NCBI GenBank assembly: GCA_002269645.1
Contig: NIVC01002372.1
Coordinates: 62,001-126,000 of the forward strand
Reading direction: 5' to 3'
Origin: Macrostomum lignano
Lineage: Eukaryota
Length of the DNA stretch: 64,000 nt
Position 1 is the stretch's first letter, and every line of letters starts with the position of its first letter. The notes beneath the pieces were generated by a model, which was given only the letters and a program-made list of their open reading frames with translations, was not told the origin of the DNA and made no database searches. The translations under genes were made by a program, and so were the position numbers. Below, piece by piece: positions 58,942 to 64,000 of this stretch.

Positions 58942-61900
58942 ATGCAGCAGCTGGCCAGAATCAGCCGTAAGTCGCTGTCGCAGACACCGGCGGTGCTACT
59001 TCGCAGCCTGTCGTCATCTGCTCCCCAGGTGCCGCAGCCGCAGCGCAACCCGGAGGTGAAATTCAACAAACTCTTCATCAACAACGAATGGGTTGACGCC
59101 GTCTCCGGTAAGACTTTCCCGACGGTGAACCCAAGCACCGGTCAGGTGATCGCGGAGGTGGCCGAGGGTGACAAGGCCGATATCGACCGGGCTGTGGTCG
59201 CGGCTAGCGAGGCCTTCCGTCTGGGCTCTCCGTGGCGCAGGATGGACGCTTCGGGACGAGGTGTCCTGCTGAACCGGCTGGCTGACCTGATGGAGCGGGA
59301 CAAGGTCTACTTGGCGGTGAGTCTGTTATAGCAAGAAGCTAAAAGCAGTGAAGAACTCAAAATTTAGAGTCGCCATCACAAAAGATTCCGTCTGTGGTCG
59401 CCACTTTTGAGAGTGCAGGTGAAGCCTCTCAATCTTGCGAGTGACGCAAATTAGCTGCAGCGTCTATCGCCTGGCCAACCATTTTGATATTAAAAAATGC
59501 TTGAGAAAAACAATGGAAACCGGGCAGAAGCATCAATCCATCCAGTCTTCGCCCTCCGCTCTTCCCAATCCCTCCTCACCCAGCCCAACTCTGCGTCGCG
59601 TGGCGCAAAGTTGCGTCACTCAAAAGTCAATACTGAACAAGAATTTATTGGGCACTGTCAAAGGTGGCGCGCGACTTTTTAATGTTGTTGAGTATATTTC
59701 ATAAACTAAACCAAAAAGTACACAATATAGTAAGGAGAGAGAGGAGAGAGGAGAGAGAGAGAGAGAGAGTCACCCTCAGTGCCAACTCAAAGCACCCTGA
59801 GTTGCTGTTCCCCCCCACCGCTAGCAAGCTGCACATTCAAAATAGGCTTGTATGATTTAAGGTGTCGCTTGGTTTTCCCTATGTAGGCAACGCTCTGATC
59901 ACCATAGCAACGGAATTGATAGGCAACATCTGCCTTGAGGGGAAGAGGCACAATTCTAACTTAAGTCTGCTAGCAAACCGACCAAGTCTTTGAGAAGATC
60001 GATCTTCTGAAAGATCTTATTGAAATCTTGAAAGAATTATTTGAGAAGATTCTTATATTGTGATTAAAGGTAATTCAGTAAACAAGATATGATGATGAAA
60101 GCATTTACCCAGCTTCCGCCGGATGTCTGTCATATCAAAAGCACAACTGACGCATCCTTTTCGTTCCTTTAAACAACAGTCCTGCAATTTTTAATGCTTC
60201 AATTGGTGGCTTACTTCTTACTTTTTTCTTGGATTGTCCAGGGTTTAAGTATAAAATCCTCAACCCAATTCCTTTATAAGATTTTATTAATCCTCATTAT
60301 ACTCGTTGTGTTCAATCAAATTTAGTCAAAGTCACCACATTGCAGTCGCTTGAATCTCTCGACAATGGCAAGCCGTATACAAATTCATTTCTGGCTGATG
60401 TTGAATTGAGCATCAAATGCTACCGGTGAGTTTTTCAGTTAGTAGTATAATGCGAAAGTCTCTATTTTCAGGAGCTTTTACAGTTTATTATATGCGCTTA
60501 CTTTATTTTACTTTAATATTAGCAAGTAAAAGGCGGCTGTACATGAGCGTGAGCGTGAGCGTGAGCGTGAGCGTGAGCGTGAGCGTGAGCGTGAGCGTGA
60601 GCGTGAGCGTGAGCGTGTGTATGAGTTTGTATGAGTGTGTATGAGTGTGTATGAGTGTGTATGAGTGTGTATGAGTGTGTATGAGTGTGTATGCGTGTAT
60701 GAGTGTGTATGAGTGTGTATGAGTGTGTATGAGTGTGTATGAGTGTGTATGAGTGTGTATGAGTGTTAGCAGAATGGAGTTAGCAGAATGGAGTTAGCAG
60801 AATGGGAAGAACATCTTCGAGTCACAGTCATCTCATATTGATCGAATCCTAAGGTACTACGCTGGCTGGGCCAACAAAAACCACGGCAAGACGATCCCAA
60901 TTGACGGCGAGGGATTCTGCTTCACTCGTCACGAGCCCGTTGGAGTTTGCGGCCAAATCATCCCGTGGAATTTCCCCCTGCTGATGCAGGCCTGGAAGCT
61001 GGGCCCGGCGCTCAGCATGGGCAACACCGTGGTGATGAAGACGGCTGAGCAGACACCGCTGACTGGGAACTACATAGCCCAGCTGACCAAGGAGGCTGGT
61101 TTCCCCCCGGGCGTGGTTAATATTGTGTCGGGATTCGGGCCTACGGCGGGAGCTGCTCTAGCCAAGCATAACGATGTAGATAAGGTGATTTGATAGCTGC
61201 TCTGTCTCGCCGTTGTCACGTATTCTTTGCGATGCTTTTGGTTCCGTACCCTCTAAAGCAAGTATTGCTTAGTCTGACATCGATTAGCAAGTTATTTAGC
61301 ATTCTCGACTGTCAACACAATATATAGTTTTTTTAACAAATGCAGTACAGCAGTTATTATTGCTCAAACTAAGCCGTTTATTATTCATATTCGAGGCAAG
61401 GGCGGTGTGCACCATGGCGAATTTTAAGCGATATCACCATTCAACCGGCGAGAGGCATAACTGCTCATTCCGCCAACTCCTCTGAGAATGCACACACCGT
61501 CGAAATTTCACAATATCGAAATACACTGGAGAGATACATATAGGAGACCCCGCGAGCCCGGAATTTTGGGTTTATGAAATTTCTAGCTTATGAAAGACAG
61601 TGTCTTTCGACGTTGTGAAATTTGGGTTCGGGAAACGGACCCCGCCGAGATTATTCCAATTTAGCCTCAAATTAATGTGACTGCAATTGGAATCGAGCCT
61701 GGGCCGCTGGCACATCACAGCGCCGCGCTAGACCACTGGACTACGGCCCCTCAAACTCAACCATAGAATAACTGCATAGTTATCCTGCATATGCATTTCG
61801 TCCTTTATATAAGGCTTTTTTAACCCGGCCGGCACATTCTCCCTCAGATTGCCTTCACTGGCAGCACCGAGGTCGGTCGGCTCATTCCCCAGTACGCCGG

Positions 61901-63798
61901 CCAGAGCAACCTGAAGCGCATCACCCTCGAACTCGGCGGCAAGAGTCCAAATGTAATCTTCGCCGACGCCGATCTTGAGTACGCAGTTGAGAAGTCGCAC
62001 TTTGCACTGTTCTTCAACCAGGGCCAGTGCTGCACCGCCGGCAGCAGGACATTCGTTGAAGAGTCCATCTACGACAAGTTCGTCGAGATGAGCGTCGAAC
62101 GAGCCAAAAAGCGCTCAGTTGGCGATCCGTTCGACTTCAACACGGAGCAGGGACCGCAGATTGACAACGAACAGATGAGCAAGATCTTGGAACTCATCGA
62201 TAGCGGCAAAAGTCAGGGCGCCAAGCTGCTCACCGGAGGCGGCAGGCACGGCGATGCCGGGTTCTTTGTCCAGCCGACCGTGTTCTCTGACGTTAAGGTT
62301 AGAGTAGTACATGTAGACTGCTTGAATAGCAATAAAGTCATAGGGTGTTGCTACGGTGTCAGTAAGACTAGGCGTTGATGATGTCACTTGAACCTCGATA
62401 CAGTAACACGTTGGTGACTCTTAGCTTGTGGGCAATACTAAAGTGCCTTAGCTAGCTGTATTGAATACGAATGCATGCACTGATACTATTGCCCTTTCAA
62501 ATACTTCAGGACGAGATGCGAATCGCTCAGGAGGAGATCTTCGGCCCCGTAATGCAGATTCTCAAGTTCAAGTCTACAGACGAGCTGCTTGAACGCGCCA
62601 ACAGGACAATGTACGGCCTAGCGGCTGGAGTGTTTACACGCGATCTAGACAAGGCGATGCACGTCATGCAGGTGTGAAAGTGACACCTTCTGATGAGCTT
62701 ATAATGGATCCTAAGAGATGGAAGTCTCCGTGTATGCAGTGATTTGAGTTTAGAGTTGATGAGAGTGTAATAAGGTAGAGTAGAGATTCGATTAAGGTAG
62801 ATTAAAGTTAAATGGATCCCAGTAGAATACAAGCAGAGTATGGCATATTTTGTATGAGTACGTCAGGGATAACTAAAGTAAAACAAAATAGAAAAAAATC
62901 TTTAAAAATACTAGATTTAAGTAGACTAAACTAGGCCTAAAAAACGAGCAGGTAAAACTAGAATCTCATTTTAATCTCCGATTAAAACGTACCCGTTAAA
63001 ACGTAAAACGTTTTTTATTAATTAAAAATTACTAATTTTAAGAGCCTGACAATGCCTGACGCGAGGCGAAACATGTCGCATAAAAAATGATAGCGCTTAC
63101 CTTCTTAATTCTACGATTTTATAACTGACGTGACGCGCGTCTGACGTGACTTGACAACATTCGCCTCTTCGTAGCGTTTGAGTCGTTAAAAAGTCACGAG
63201 AGTTGCCCCAGAGTCACTAGAGTTATTTGCAATGAATCTTTAGCAATTCTTGTCATGGTAACGTTTTCAACTGGATCATCATTACCAGGTCCGTAGACAC
63301 TATGGCCATTGGTGCACCCATTTTCGACAGCGACTCCTTCGAGAAGATCTGGTGATAATGAGAAATCCTCGCCATCTCCTTCGATCCAAGGCTATCCAGC
63401 TGCACAATCCTGTCTTCACTCCATTCCTTCAGATTGTCACCTTGCGGCCTGCCTTTCCCGCATCATCACTCAACACCACCTTCAACCACAGCCTTTAGCA
63501 CTCCATCAATTCTCACAACACGCCTGAATAAGCGGAATTTCCTTTCTAGTTAAACTTAAATGTCATTGAATTCATGACACTAAAATTGTTCGTTTAAACA
63601 ATAGAACTCCGTTTAATCATCATGCAGGGCCTTCGCGCCGGCACGGTGTGGATCAACGACTACGACTACTTCGATGCTGGGGCTCCGTTCGGCGGCTTCA
63701 AAATGTCCGGCAGCGGCCGCGAGCTCGGCGAATACGGCCTGCAGGCCTACACGGAGGTCAAGACAGTCACCATGCGGGTGCCGCAGAAGAACAGCTAG
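58942..63798 (+). CDS. ALDH2: Mitochondrial aldehyde dehydrogenase (~522 aa)
   Basis: Exons 58942-59316, 60346-60425, 60854-61184, 61848-62297, 62510-62671, 63628-63798, all phase-compatible. Motifs [23 protein letters not shown] (catalytic Glu), [10 protein letters not shown] (catalytic Cys), [15 protein letters not shown]. Arg/Ser/Leu-rich, acid-free N-terminal presequence. Confidence 0.95.
60543..60800. repeat. (GAGCGT)n, (GAGTGTGTAT)n and (GTTAGCAGAATGGA)n in ALDH2 intron 2
   Basis: Direct reading. Confidence 0.92.
61430..61750 (-). mobile_element. tRNA-headed SINE-like element, family A (copy 2, ALDH2 intron)
   Basis: Reverse complement ggggccgtagtccagtggtctagcgcggcgctgtgatgtgccagcggcccaggctcgattcc..ttaatttgaggctaaatt matches 1495-1610. 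Confidence 0.7.
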
Positions 63799-63951
63799 CT
63801 AGAAAACAAACTGAGCTGTGACTTGAAATTTCAACTGTCAGACTATTTTCATCACTGTGTACGAATACTACAGCAGTAAACCTCTCGATACCTGGTGAAT
63901 TTTTTGCCAAATTAAAACAATTAATGTATTCATTCAATTTCATATTGATAA

Positions 63952-63957
63952 AATAAA
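63952..63957 (+). terminator. Putative ALDH2 polyadenylation signal
   Basis: AATAAA about 155 nt after the stop codon. Confidence 0.5.
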
Positions 63958-64000
63958 TTACTCTGGGAAAGCTATCAAGTTATAATCTTATTTAGTGCGG

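Noticed and set aside
48640-58942. Spliced-leader trans-splice acceptors just before the MEF2 and ALDH2 ATGs
   Set aside because: Each AG has a plausible cis donor 38-39 nt upstream (gtatag at 48647; gtattt at about 58896 with a ctaac branch point), so short 5'UTR introns explain them. SL use is not excluded but is unsupported.

Overview
Eukaryotic (animal) genomic DNA with GC-rich exons, Q/A-rich low-complexity proteins and minisatellite-filled introns. The style resembles a free-living flatworm such as Macrostomum; this is inference only. Six spliced protein-coding genes could be modelled by hand. On the + strand: a 5'-partial SRCR-domain trypsin-like protease, a CSPP1/CCDC66-like protein with five PWG/FGRPGxGAP repeats, a compact MEF2 and a mitochondrial ALDH2. 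On the - strand: a CCDC88/Hook-family coiled-coil protein and a GAS2-like CH+GAR protein. Mobile DNA includes an intact DD34D mariner, a decayed intron-bearing MULE, two RTE-clade LINE remnants, two tRNA-headed SINE families (one CORE-type) and several MITEs with TIR/TSD. About 25 different tandem arrays are present; all 8 introns of the CCDC88-like gene carry their own. Most unusual: (1) two intronic copies of the 28S rRNA H69-H71 segment, each disrupted at the R2/I-PpoI target site and antisense in the host pre-mRNA, one carried inside a 279-bp TIR/8-bp-TSD element; (2) a textbook recursive-splice (YnCAG|GTAAGT) site in that same element; (3) a frame break in the GAS2-like gene with a correctly phased A_AAA_AAU -1 slippery heptamer; (4) intronic arrays whose units are built from, and phased with, splice signals; (5) a degenerate hammerhead-ribozyme-like motif. 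Exon coordinates were read by eye; array limits are approximate.
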